From a virus (taxonomy: Duplodnaviria > Caudoviricetes): 64,000 bases of DNA. Location: the IMG/VR virus record IMGVR_UViG_3300029288_007054, positions 1-64,000 of that record. One strand, given 5' to 3'. Positions 18,031 through 28,674 of the stretch are shown in pieces. Made by a program: the position numbers and the translations under genes. The notes under the pieces were generated by a model. That model did not search any database. It saw nothing but the letters and a program-made list of their open reading frames with translations, and was not told the DNA's origin. Numbering within the stretch: the stretch's first letter is position 1; every line of letters starts with the position of its first letter.

Positions 18031-18675
18031 TTAAATGATCTTCCCATCTCCCCTAGCCATGGACCCTAGGTATCCCGAATGATGTCTTAGAGCATATTGT
18101 TCCTTAGTCAAGCCCTTTTCTTGGGCGGCGATTAACGCTAGGGCATCGGTGATAGCTAAAATAACTAAAATTGACGTTGTAGGTGCTAATCCTAAATGTC
18201 CTGCTTCTACATGTTGTCCCATGTCTATAACCAAATCTACTTTATTCCTAATTGGGCTATCAGGATGAGAAGTAATTCCAATAATTTTAGATATACCAAG
18301 ATTCTTTGCTAGATCAATTATTTCATATACTTCTCTTGTCTTTCCACTAGTACTACAAACAAAGAGTATGTCATGTTTTTGCAACGTTCCCAAATCACCA
18401 TGTTGTGCTTCTGTAGGGTGAAGAAAATATGAAGGAAATCCTAATGAACATAACGTAGAAGAAAATTTTTGAATTGCCAATCCAGCCTTCCCAATTCCCG
18501 TAGTTATAATCTTACCCTTGCAAGTCAGCATTATATCTATCACTTTGGAAAAATTTTCAGTTACTATAATACTGCCTATGGCATCCTTAAATTGGTTTAA
18601 GATTGCGTAGGCCTTCTCTGTTCTAGATTCATTTACTGGATTTGATAACTTCATACTATAATTATACAGAATCAC
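18031..18675 (-). CDS. SIS-domain sugar-phosphate isomerase (KdsD/GutQ-like, no CBS)
   Basis: ITTGIGKAG, HPTEAQHGDLG, STSGKT, APTTS, HHSGYLG. Confidence 0.85.
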   Translation of the reverse strand: MILYNYSMKLSNPVNESRTEKAYAILNQFKDAIGSIIVTENFSKVIDIMLTCKGKIITTGIGKAGLAIQKFSSTLCSLGFPSYFLHPTEAQHGDLGTLQKHDILFVCSTSGKTREVYEIIDLAKNLGISKIIGITSHPDSPIRNKVDLVIDMGQHVEAGHLGLAPTTSILVILAITDALALIAAQEKGLTKEQYALRHHSGYLGSMARGDGKII

Positions 18676-19196
18676 TTATTCTTTTTTACATCTTTCTTCT
18701 TTTTTTTCATTAAACTTTCGAGGGTAACTTTCGGTGGTATTCTCTTCTCCTTTGGAACAGGTTCTATTTCAACCTTCTCAACCTTCATTTCATCCACTCC
18801 AGCCCGATCCATAAGATCTTTGATGAAGCTAAGAGTTTCTTGCTTATCAGACGACATGTCTTCTTCTAACATTTTTCTATGTTCTTTTTCCCAATCAAGA
18901 ATATTATTAGGATCATCATCCTCAGTAACTTTTTGAATAAATGGTCCATTTTTATCAAGCACATGCCACTTAATAAAATCATAAGTACACTCACCATTTT
19001 TAATCATTGTTTTAAAATAATTAAAAGTTTTAGCTACTTTAAGTTCCAGCGCCAGTTGTTCTTCTGGGCTCTTAGGAAAAAGCATCAATCCTCCAGTAAC
19101 CTCATATAAAGCTAATCTCTGGAGGGATTGATCAAGTCTTATTACTTCTTCGAATGAGTGATTTTTCATGTTTGTTTTATTCTCTTTTCCGTCCAT
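18672..19196 (-). CDS. hypothetical protein
   Basis: ORF track. Confidence 0.65.
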   Translation of the reverse strand: MDGKENKTNMKNHSFEEVIRLDQSLQRLALYEVTGGLMLFPKSPEEQLALELKVAKTFNYFKTMIKNGECTYDFIKWHVLDKNGPFIQKVTEDDDPNNILDWEKEHRKMLEEDMSSDKQETLSFIKDLMDRAGVDEMKVEKVEIEPVPKEKRIPPKVTLESLMKKKKKDVKKNK

Positions 19197-19205
19197 AAAT
19201 TCCTC

Positions 19206-20273
19206 TCACTTTTTAAAAAGATCTAGCCCAGTTCTCAGAGTTTGAATATCGTAATAATCAAAATATTCGATGAGTTTTTCTTTATTAAATTCACCTTGTT
19301 TGATTTCTGGCAAATTTGGTATTACATCCATCTTCTTCAGAGAATAAGCTAATTTGACTCTTTCCTCAAACATCAATATCATTAGGTCTGTCTTTGTAAG
19401 CTTCTTGATTTTTTTATCTTCAAGTGCTAAGGCTACACCAGTAAAAGGAGTATTCGTGGTAATTTCAGGATATTTTAGTTTATTAGATTTAGATACTGGC
19501 TGAGTGAGATCTCCCCTCATTTCTGCAAGACGATTAAACTCAGACTGCCCTTTGATATCTGGATATTGCGCCCTAAACGGATCTAATTGCTTATGTAAAT
19601 ATTCTAGGGCCTTTTCATAAGTACTATGCTCTTTAATAAGCTTTATGGCGGTTTTTTCTCCTACTCCATATACTCCAAAAATATTGTCTCCTGCATCTCC
19701 GGTTAATGCGCCAACATCGACCCATTGCTCTGGTGTGACTTCATATTCTTGCATAAAGTCATTTTTTGTAATCATTTTTTGCTTGCCACCGTTATATATA
19801 GAAACATTATCATCTAGCAATTGATAGTAATCTTCATCGCCAGTAACACAAATAATTTCATTATCCTTGCCTAAAAGTTTACAATAGCTATTTATAATAT
19901 CATCTGTCTCCTGATCGGACATTCTAATCTGAGGTATCCCGGTCTGATCCAATCCCCTTTTTAAAAAGGGGGCCTGCTGATAAAAATTTTTAAGTTCTGG
20001 AGGTATTTCTTCGTCCTTGGGTCTATTTTCCTTATAACCAGATTTTATTATACCCTTCTCAACGCCTGCCTTCGCCTCTAAAACTCTTCTCTGACTTTTG
20101 CCATCCCAAGAAATAAGAAATTGATAATCTTTAAACATTTCCTTAAAATTCATCAGGCTCTGCATAACCCCATAATGAACCGTAGTCGATATACCTTCAC
20201 TGTTCGTTAATTGTGTTTGATTAAAGGCAGCTCTACATGCAAGGTTATTTCCGTCGATAAACAAATATTTCAT
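19206..20273 (-). CDS. 5'-3' exonuclease / flap endonuclease (Pol I N-terminal, T5 exo/T4 RNase H-like)
   Basis: LFIDGNNL, YKENR, ETDDII, TGDEDYYQL, LTGDAGDNIFGVYGVGEKTA (H3TH). Confidence 0.9.
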   Translation of the reverse strand: MKYLFIDGNNLACRAAFNQTQLTNSEGISTTVHYGVMQSLMNFKEMFKDYQFLISWDGKSQRRVLEAKAGVEKGIIKSGYKENRPKDEEIPPELKNFYQQAPFLKRGLDQTGIPQIRMSDQETDDIINSYCKLLGKDNEIICVTGDEDYYQLLDDNVSIYNGGKQKMITKNDFMQEYEVTPEQWVDVGALTGDAGDNIFGVYGVGEKTAIKLIKEHSTYEKALEYLHKQLDPFRAQYPDIKGQSEFNRLAEMRGDLTQPVSKSNKLKYPEITTNTPFTGVALALEDKKIKKLTKTDLMILMFEERVKLAYSLKKMDVIPNLPEIKQGEFNKEKLIEYFDYYDIQTLRTGLDLFKK

Positions 20274-20275
20274 TG

Positions 20276-20521
20276 TTATTCTCCAATCCACATCTCTTCT
20301 ATCTTATCTGTATTAATACCCTCAGAATTAAACTCTGTAAATGAGCCATCTTGATTTATACCATGAAAGGCCAATTTACCGCTTCCATCACCGTCTACAA
20401 CCACTGGTATTTTTCTACAAGATCCAGTTCGCCCTAAATGCTGAATGGTTTTGCAGAGTTTTATGAAATCCTTTATTTCAGATTTTTGCCCGACGACTCT
20501 GATATCTATATATGTTTCCAT
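20276..20521 (-). CDS. hypothetical protein
   Basis: ORF track. Confidence 0.6.
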   Translation of the reverse strand: METYIDIRVVGQKSEIKDFIKLCKTIQHLGRTGSCRKIPVVVDGDGSGKLAFHGINQDGSFTEFNSEGINTDKIEEMWIGE

Positions 20522-20748
20522 TACACCCTCCTATTCCATTTATCTATGGCCGATTGAATCATTTGGTCATTATTTAATTCTCCAAAAGCTGAACCTATAA
20601 TAGGACCCTGAGAGAGACAATCAACACACTGAACATAATGTCCTATTTGTTGACGGTCATTAATAACACATTTAAGTATTAGCATCTCGTTACCACAAAA
20701 AGGACATTTTATTAGCTCGTTCATTGTATCCTGTAATCTGTATTCCAT
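20521..20748 (-). CDS. Lar-like zinc-ribbon protein
   Basis: LIKCPFCG...VQCVDCLSQGP...AIDKWNRR. Confidence 0.7.
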   Translation of the reverse strand: MEYRLQDTMNELIKCPFCGNEMLILKCVINDRQQIGHYVQCVDCLSQGPIIGSAFGELNNDQMIQSAIDKWNRRV

Positions 20749-20936
20749 TTATCTATCGCTATTTTTTCTGTCTCGCCTACACAACTATCCGCAATATATC
20801 CCTCAGACAAACATCCAGTACATTTTACATATGCAGTCCTACAGCCCTTTCTCTTTTTAAAATCAGAAATTAGTTTGGGTTTAGAACCGCAAAAGGGGCA
20901 TTTTTTCAGCCTATTTTTCATTGTCTTTTCTTTCAT
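20721..20936 (-). CDS. Lar-like zinc-ribbon protein
   Basis: LKKCPFCGS...VKCTGC...AIDKWN. Confidence 0.7.
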   Translation of the reverse strand: MKEKTMKNRLKKCPFCGSKPKLISDFKKRKGCRTAYVKCTGCLSEGYIADSCVGETEKIAIDKWNTDYRIQ

Positions 20937-21055
20937 TAGTTGTCCATGTTGTATTTTTATTATACAAATTATCCATTTTTTCTCTAAAAATAATATTGTA
21001 CCATTGTTCCATAGAAGTCATTTCATCCGTATTCATAGTGCAAGTAGCGTTTTCA

Positions 21056-22027
21056 TTACATGTTTGAAGATTCTGCGTTTGATTTTTCATTTTGTTTACT
21101 CCACATTCTTACCATCTCTATTACTCTGTTATCTAGTTCTGTTAAGCCCTTTTCTACTCGCAATTTTTCAATTCTTTTCATTGCGCCCTCTTCGCAATTA
21201 AAGTCATAGCTAATTGTCCGTTCGCTTTTTAGATACGGTATTCCTTTTGTTCTAATTCTTTTGTTGATGTATGTCCTCCATAATATCGGCGCATAAATGT
21301 CAGCATTGCAGGGATTTTTGATATTCAGCCATTTTATTCTCGCTACTTCTGGCATTTTTAGGGTAAACAGCGCAGGCCAGATAGGAGAGATAAGAAAGTA
21401 TTTATTGCTAGGAGAAAAATATTCTATTGGAATTTTTAAATCCTCAATCAGTTTTTTCATAGAGCCACGAAATCTGGCATAACATAGCCCATTATGTTTC
21501 CACGCTTTAGCCCCTGCCATTAGACCAGCAACAAAAGAAAGCGTATCTTTAGAATGCTTAATATAAAATGCTGGAACCTGTACCCATTTTCCAGCCTTGC
21601 CTCCGCTAAGAGTTACCCTTCCACCAAACGGACTAGTTTGACATATTTCTCCTATGCCCTTATTCCAAAACCAATTCAGGGTAGGATATTTTCTTTTTGA
21701 AAAAGATAATGTTCCATGAGTCGCTAGACCGTTAATGAAATCCGAGTTCCATATTTCATCTGTCGTCTTTAATTTCTTATATATATACCACTTTACTGTA
21801 GCGGTATTAGTGTTCAGGGCTAATGAGGCAGAGGTTGGATAATTATCATTAAATGTCCAAAATTCTTTTATTTGATCATACGTATATTCTCTCATTTTAA
21901 GCCCAGAAACACCGTACTTAACCGCAATTTTAGCGGCAGTCAAATGCATCTGTTCGACTAATTTTTTGCGCCTAATCTTGATATGATCTATAAATTGAAT
22001 ATTTCCCTGCATATAGATATTATACAA
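21056..22027 (-). CDS. hypothetical protein, possibly degenerate LAGLIDADG-fold DNA-binding protein
   Basis: FINGLATHGTLS and FVAGLMAGAK loosely resemble paired LAGLIDADG helices. Confidence 0.45.
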   Translation of the reverse strand: MYNIYMQGNIQFIDHIKIRRKKLVEQMHLTAAKIAVKYGVSGLKMREYTYDQIKEFWTFNDNYPTSASLALNTNTATVKWYIYKKLKTTDEIWNSDFINGLATHGTLSFSKRKYPTLNWFWNKGIGEICQTSPFGGRVTLSGGKAGKWVQVPAFYIKHSKDTLSFVAGLMAGAKAWKHNGLCYARFRGSMKKLIEDLKIPIEYFSPSNKYFLISPIWPALFTLKMPEVARIKWLNIKNPCNADIYAPILWRTYINKRIRTKGIPYLKSERTISYDFNCEEGAMKRIEKLRVEKGLTELDNRVIEMVRMWSKQNEKSNAESSNM

Positions 22028-22044
22028 AAAAATAAGAACTTAGA

Positions 22045-22446
22045 CTAAATTTCTAGGTTAACGTCCCATTCTTTAGGTAATGCTTCAGGACTTTCGAGAA
22101 GAATGATTTCTTTTCCTTTAAATTGGGCTTTGCGAATTGTATCTTCAGCACCACCAGTTCTATCCGGGGAAACCAATGCTATCAGAACATGACAATCATC
22201 GGCTATGTTAGTGTTTCTTGTGAATCCAGCTATCTTGCCTAGCTTCCTCCATTGGGCGTAATAGATTTTTATTGGTACTTGATATTTCTTGGCAAGAATC
22301 TCTGCAAATTTATCTCCCCCAGCCCAACATCCACCACTTACAATTTCATCTCCATCTTTGTAAATTGCGAGAAAAGCTTTTTCGCACTGAGCAAAGTCTT
22401 CTGGGGAGTTTCTTCTTCTGGAGCCGATTATACCTATTATTTTCAC
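22045..22446 (-). CDS. SLOG-family (DprA/YspA-like) nucleotide-binding protein
   Basis: IGIIGSR, IVSGGCWAGGDKFAE, RNTNI, GGAEDTI. Confidence 0.8.
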   Translation of the reverse strand: MKIIGIIGSRRRNSPEDFAQCEKAFLAIYKDGDEIVSGGCWAGGDKFAEILAKKYQVPIKIYYAQWRKLGKIAGFTRNTNIADDCHVLIALVSPDRTGGAEDTIRKAQFKGKEIILLESPEALPKEWDVNLEI

Positions 22447-22633
22447 TCTTCTTCTACGTCAACCAAAATTAACAATTTATTTTGAACAGCATTCATGACA
22501 ATATTATCTACAACCATTTCTTTATCATCTGCCAGAATAACTGCCGAGCCTGTGTACGCAGCTACGCAGCAGTAGCATCATCAATTTCAAAATATATTAC
22601 TTCTGTATTAGCATCAACGACGATTATTTTCAT
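22443..22633 (-). pseudogene. 60-aa ORF frameshifted by an 8-bp tandem duplication
   Basis: TACGCAGC twice at 22555-22570; removing one copy gives an open 60-aa frame with 4-nt overlaps (ATGA, GTGA) to both neighbours. Confidence 0.7.
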
Positions 22634-23109
22634 AAAATTTGAACCCTTCTATATTTACCTAACATATAAAAACATAATTGATCTACCCTTTTATGCCATT
22701 TTCCATTAGCCCAAAACGGACAAGAAAACATATTATGTGCCCAGCTATGTTTCAGCACATGATCTGGATAGACCCATCGGCCCTGATTATCCTGATATGA
22801 TAACGGTCTAAACGTTCCCTTATACATTGATTTAGCAATCCGCATACAGCTATCCCATTCAGGGTCATTATTTCTTTGCGGTTTAGCATATTGTTTCGAT
22901 AGCTTGCAAACTGGGCGAAATAAGGCAGGGCTACCTCCTGCCCTTATCCATATGGTTGTTGCAAGTAATCCCTTAGCATAATCACTTTGACCTAAGGCTT
23001 CTGTATATATAACTCCAGCAACGTATTCTTCCTGTGTTTTAATAGTAGCTGCAGTCAAAGGGGTTGATATGATTAAAAGCAATACCAAGCATATATTTAG
23101 TTTTATCAT
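22630..23109 (-). CDS. SleB-like cell wall hydrolase with signal peptide
   Basis: VAGVIYTEALGQ..., KQY; N-terminal hydrophobic signal. Confidence 0.7.
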   Translation of the reverse strand: MIKLNICLVLLLIISTPLTAATIKTQEEYVAGVIYTEALGQSDYAKGLLATTIWIRAGGSPALFRPVCKLSKQYAKPQRNNDPEWDSCMRIAKSMYKGTFRPLSYQDNQGRWVYPDHVLKHSWAHNMFSCPFWANGKWHKRVDQLCFYMLGKYRRVQIL

Positions 23110-23134
23110 AATACCTCTCTTATGAATTAGGGAT

Positions 23135-23881
23135 TTACTTCACTTGTTCACTTGTCTGATTTATGTCGGAAGTATTGTTACAAGAAGCAACGTTAGATTC
23201 TTCTATTATTTTTTGGGTGGTCTCAGACAAGGTGGGTTCGCCACTGATTATATTTATTGTGCCTTCGACTATTCCACTAGAGGCCGCTGTTTGATCTACC
23301 AAATTAGAAGTATGTTTGCATGCCTCAATAACAGATTCTTTTACCTGTTCTGGAGTTGGAATAGTACAAACCGTTTCAACTGAAGCTATCCCACCCTTTG
23401 TTATGACTTCGGCCTCAGATTCAGCCTGAACCTTCTTTAATGCTTCTGCATCAGCCTTAATTTCAGTCTCTAGTTTAGCTACTTTTTCTGCCTCTGCCTT
23501 AGCTAACTTTTCTGCCTTGGCCTTGGCCTTAGCTTCTGTCTCTGCTATAGCCTTAGCCTTCGTTTCCTCTGCTATCTTTTCTGCTTCGGCTTTAGCATCT
23601 GCCTCTAGTTTAGCCTTGGCATCAGCAGCCTCTTTAATTTTCTTTTCTACATCTGCTTTAGCCTTAGCAACTTTTTCCTCTTGCTCAACCTTCCTAGCCT
23701 TAATTTGAGCTTTAAGCTCTGCCCTGTAAGTCTTGCTATCAAACTCTGCATAGACTTTACAGTCAGGGTTATGCTTCTTATCCGTCTTACATTTTTTTTC
23801 ATGACTTGGTTTGCGTTTTCTGCCACAAGCTGGACACCGCATATGCTTTTTCATAGTATTACTCCTTATCCAATTTTTCAC
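23135..23881 (-). CDS. Ala/Lys/Glu-rich coiled-coil protein with N-terminal Cys/His motif
   Basis: CPACG...H...C...H...C followed by AKAEAEK-type repeats. Confidence 0.7.
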   Translation of the reverse strand: MKNWIRSNTMKKHMRCPACGRKRKPSHEKKCKTDKKHNPDCKVYAEFDSKTYRAELKAQIKARKVEQEEKVAKAKADVEKKIKEAADAKAKLEADAKAEAEKIAEETKAKAIAETEAKAKAKAEKLAKAEAEKVAKLETEIKADAEALKKVQAESEAEVITKGGIASVETVCTIPTPEQVKESVIEACKHTSNLVDQTAASSGIVEGTINIISGEPTLSETTQKIIEESNVASCNNTSDINQTSEQVK

Positions 23882-25031
23882 CCTTATGTATCCACTTCAT
23901 TACCCTAACTGCATCTTTGTCACCCATTTCCTTACCCTTATCGTCACTTAATTTTACTGTAGGTATCCCATTTATTTCTGCCAATTTTATAACCATATTG
24001 AGAGCAGGAGAGTTCTCAAAATCGTTAGTAAAGTGAGTGCCGATCCCAAACGAACAATTAATTTTACCTTCGCAATATTTTTTCAGTTCAACGCATTTAT
24101 TTACATTAAGAGCATTACTAAAAACAATATATTTATATAGAGGGTTAATACCAAGTTTTTTATAATGAGCAACAGCCTTGTCTGTAAATTCATACTCATC
24201 TCCGCTATCATTTCTTATACCATCGTAAAGTTTAGCGAACCTCACATTAAAATTCTTAAGAAAAGCATCAAACCCGTAAGTATCGGTTAATGCAGTTCCA
24301 AGTTGAGCATTGAATACTTTACTCCAATTGTTCATAGCATAATAATCGGGATGTTGTAAGCTTTCTAACACCGCATTTCCCATTACCCACTCATGAGCAA
24401 AAGTTCCCATAGGCTTAACGTCATAATTATGCGCTAAATGAACGTTACTAGTACCTATAAAGCCCTTGTATGGTTTCATTGTTCTAACTACTATATCTTG
24501 GGTTTCGGCATTCCTTCTTCTACGAGTTCCAAAATCAGTATAATTACATCCGGCATTACTTAGGGTTTCGGCCTTAGTTTTTGCAAGTTTCTCCTGACCG
24601 TCCGTACTCCAATTGCGATCAATCATCTGAAAATATAATTGAGATATAACTGCCATTAATTTAACTTCCCATAAAACCTGTCTATACCATTTGGCGTAAA
24701 TATCAATTATTAGGTTATTATCATCAGATAAAGAAACGCTAACTTCTTCTGGGTTATAGCGATAATTTAAGAGATAGTCATAGTACCAAGGCTTCATATA
24801 CGGACAACGATCCTTTAGCCAAGCATGTTCGTCAAGCGTAAGTTTTAAATCTTTAAAACTGTATATCTGATCAATTAACGCTTCTTTAAAATCCTTGTTA
24901 AATCTTTGTTTGCCTCTATTTGTAAATTTAGACCTAGCCATAGCATTAGGAAACAAGTCAAGAATAGCATTTTGCATGAATAGTTTATAAAGATCGTCGT
25001 CTAACATTGACGTAATAATTTGTTCACTCAT
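23859..25031 (-). CDS. pncB: nicotinate phosphoribosyltransferase
   Basis: LDDDLYKLFM, DFGTRRR, GTSNV, GTFAHEW, LTDTY, RNDSGD, FGIGT, VKLSDDKGK. Confidence 0.92.
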   Translation of the reverse strand: MSEQIITSMLDDDLYKLFMQNAILDLFPNAMARSKFTNRGKQRFNKDFKEALIDQIYSFKDLKLTLDEHAWLKDRCPYMKPWYYDYLLNYRYNPEEVSVSLSDDNNLIIDIYAKWYRQVLWEVKLMAVISQLYFQMIDRNWSTDGQEKLAKTKAETLSNAGCNYTDFGTRRRRNAETQDIVVRTMKPYKGFIGTSNVHLAHNYDVKPMGTFAHEWVMGNAVLESLQHPDYYAMNNWSKVFNAQLGTALTDTYGFDAFLKNFNVRFAKLYDGIRNDSGDEYEFTDKAVAHYKKLGINPLYKYIVFSNALNVNKCVELKKYCEGKINCSFGIGTHFTNDFENSPALNMVIKLAEINGIPTVKLSDDKGKEMGDKDAVRVMKWIHKGEKLDKE

Positions 25032-25098
25032 GATTTTTCCTTATTTTTAAGAATAATAGCAGATTTTTAGAAATAATCAAGTCTTTTTTAAGAATATT

Positions 25099-28000
25099 TT
25101 AATGTATGCCCAATGGTATCTTTTTGATCATCTGGCCTTCTCTAACAATTGCTATTCCCATCTCTCCACACAAAGGGACTTTGTTGTCATTAAAGTACCA
25201 AGCATTTTCATTTTTATCCAAAATTATGTTATATCTTTTGCATTCTTCACTACTGAGTTTTTTAGTCAAGCATTCTGCGATTAAATATTCATTATAAAGT
25301 AAGGGCTTCTTTCTTTCTATTTTTTTCTCAGTCAAAGGTGGAGCATGCTTTGGCCGAAATGTCCCACATGGAGTTATTTTCATATTGCCTTGTCTTTCTT
25401 TTGGGGATACAGACCTTTTGAGACTGCCAACATATGTTTCTCAATTTTCTTTTGCAGCTGTTGAGATGTTATATAACGAAGGCTATCCATATCTCTATCC
25501 TTAAGCACATAGAAGCATTTTTTTCTCTTGAGTTTAACAGGCGATAATATTAGATCTGCTTCGGCCATATCATGAAAGCTTGCACGATATGCCTCTTTAT
25601 CTTTGTGCTTTAAAACTACAAGTATTTTCATTTTCTTTTGCCCTTCTTTCCTTTCTTCTCAAAATAATCATAATCCAAAACGGGTTTCTTAAGAGCGAGT
25701 CTCATTTTGTTCAAACACCACCTAATCCCTTTTATTTCCTCTGAGGTAATGTCAACAGGGTCTTTGGTACAAGATCTGGGTTTGTTTTTATCGTTATAAA
25801 ATACTTCATGAATGGCATAATAGTCGCCATGTTTGTGTTTATGTTTGACTATTCTAAAATTCCAATGCATTATCTCTTCCTAGAATTATACTCTTCTGTA
25901 AATCTTTTGGCATCCCGCTCTTCTATTGAAATAAGCTTAGCAACTACTTTTATTTGTTTGGCAGATGTCAAATTTCTAAACCACATATCCGGTTCCGATT
26001 CCCTAGGACAACCTAACTCCGCCAGATTTTCGCAAAAAGAAAGTATAACTGACGCATAAATATTTTCAAGAGCAATTATTCTAGGATCTTGTTTTTCTGG
26101 TGCACAATGAGGGCACCTACCTCCGACCTTTTGATCCCCGCACCTGTCACAATAACCTGATGATTTGTTCTTTTTAGGTCGAGTCCTCTCATAATATTCG
26201 TCAAGTGTCTCTTCGTGTCTTTTATCTTTTTTCATTATCGCTCCTTGCTTTCACAGCTTCATTTTCAATCAAAATCCAGCTTCCTCTAGTTTCACTTTCT
26301 AGCTCTAATAATCCTGACATTTCATTATGATCTCTCGCCGCAATCTTTATTTTTTCGATAGCCTGTCCTAAAAGCCAAGTCTTATCGGCAGGATGCACGT
26401 TATTATCTATATCAATGATTATCTTCATAATATTCTTTTGGGTTTATCGCCACACCAATCTTGACTGGTCCATACGCCTATTTCTGGTTTAATGTCTTTC
26501 ATAGGATCGCCCCAACAAGCAGACCAATAGTTTTTAAGTTCACTATCACTAGCAAATCTATGACCAGCCTGCTGAAGTAATCGAACTGCATGCGCCCTAG
26601 AATTTGCACAAACATAGGCGTGATCGCAATACTCTTTACCAGTAGGGTCTGGAGTATAATTACCATCCTTATCGTATCTCCTGCCACCCCATCCTTTTCC
26701 ATTCCATATCTTAAGCTGTTTCATCTTTCTATAACCTCTTCGCTTGAGTTACAAAAACACGCATGGACACTCCCGTCTATATCCCTGTAAATGACCTTTC
26801 TTGCTAAAACAAGTCTTCCCCAGCTCCATGTTATCGCTACTCCCTTTTCTGCCGTACATGGGCAAAAAGAATACCAAATTTTACTTTTAGTTTTTGTAAT
26901 CATGCAAGCATTATACACTATTGATTCTTCTTTGCAAGCTTTATTTTAATAGAAGTTTCTTTCCAATTGGGAGGCACCATCATGTAATCAGCCAAATATA
27001 CATCTGATTTGCTATGTTTTTTAGACCTAAGTGGAATATTAACTAATACCTTAATGATGCGCAAATCTCTTTTCTTTGTAAAACGACCCACATATTCTTT
27101 CATTTTTCCAAGGTCTAAAAGAACGTTGAAACCGGACAGATATTCCTTTTGGCTAGACCCATCTGTAACCATTTTATGTTCTGCCTTAACCCAAGTTTTA
27201 ATAGGTATCTTTCGTGAACGTTTTCCGTTATATGGTATTGCATGGAAAAGAGTATATACTTCATCTCCCCTGCATTCGACTATTCGATAGGCGTGTAGCA
27301 TCATCAAGGGTTGTTCGCTCATTATATTATAACCTTTTTTAGTTCCTCATTTTTAAACCAACCACAAACTGTCCCTAAATAAGGCATGTTAAAATTGGAA
27401 ACATGATACCCTTTTTCTGGATCGATTGCTCTTATAATACCATGCTTATTGAATTTATCGTTCTTATAGGGAAGAATAATAACTGCATCAAATAATTTAA
27501 AGATTGTCCTTTTCTTCATGGCTTATTCCCTTTGTTTATTTCAACTTCCAAATTCCTTATTACCTTTTTACGCAATTCTTCTGCCCATTCTTCCATATCA
27601 AAACTATAATCGCTCATCTATCCTCCCTATCGTATGTTACATCATCCCAACTATCATGTTGTATTCTATTTATTATACTATTTTTCGAAGCGATAATGTC
27701 ATTCAGTTTTATAATATGAGCCTTAAGTTTTTCATTCTCTTCCTTAAGTTTTTCTATGGCATCGCTCCAACTGTCTTCACTTTCACTCATTTTTTCTTTC
27801 TTAGATATTTATGTACTGCATCCAAATCATAAGGTGAAGGAGGGGCAGAACAAAATTTTAAATCTGATGGTCGTTCGGCTATAACTCTTTTTACTGCGTC
27901 TCTTAGCTGCTTATTAGTAAATTGTCTTGGGCCACCAACAATTTGAATGTCTTCTCCTTTTTTAACAAGGGCGCTGAATTTTATAACTCTATTAATTTCA

Positions 28001-28658
28001 TTAAGAACCTTTTCCTCAAGAGCTTGCAATTTCAACGCTAGTGAATAAAATTTATAATTTCTGCCCATCTCATCAAGGCTATTTATAACATCCCAAAACT
28101 TTTCAGATTGCTTTCCAGAATAAAAAGGGATCAGCTTCTTTTTCATGATATGAACTCCAATGCCTTTAGAACAGCTTCTCTAAGCGATGGAGCCATGAAT
28201 TCATTTGACCCCTTATCTGAAAGTATAGAGCAAGACCACTTATCGCCGGGATCAGATGAAACAGATGAAAATTGATTGGAAACAGCAATTGAAATTCCAT
28301 GATATTCTAATAGCCCTCCGATTATTTCCAAATCAATTTGTCGAGCAGATGTAGCTTTTTCTAAAATGTGTTTTATAGGCATCATGCGAGTACTATTTGT
28401 TTAGAATTTTTAGATTTCATACAATAATTATAGCAAATAAGATATTAAAATCAAGAATTATTTTTAGAGGCTAAACCAGCCTTTCTTCTTTTCGGGGGGC
28501 TTATTATCGGGAAGCAATCGTCTCCACTGTGTACTTTTAGAGTCCGGTATTTTATCTCCAATCATGAAATTAGGCACTTCTTTCCATGCTCCTGCAGCAG
28601 TCGAATATTCATCTCCCTGTCGCAATTTATCTCCTGCTTTGAGATTTTCATATAGCAT
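25099..28658 (-). other. array of about 14 small orphan ORFs (33-134 aa)
   Basis: ORF track 25099-25383, 25380-25631, 25628-25870, 25870-26235, 26222-26428, 26425-26724, 26721-26918, 26918-27322, 27322-27519, 27787-28146, 28143-28385, 28464-28658 plus two short manual ORFs in 27516-27790; mostly coupled by ATGA-type overlaps. Confidence 0.7.
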
Positions 28659-28674
28659 TTTATGACCGCATTCC

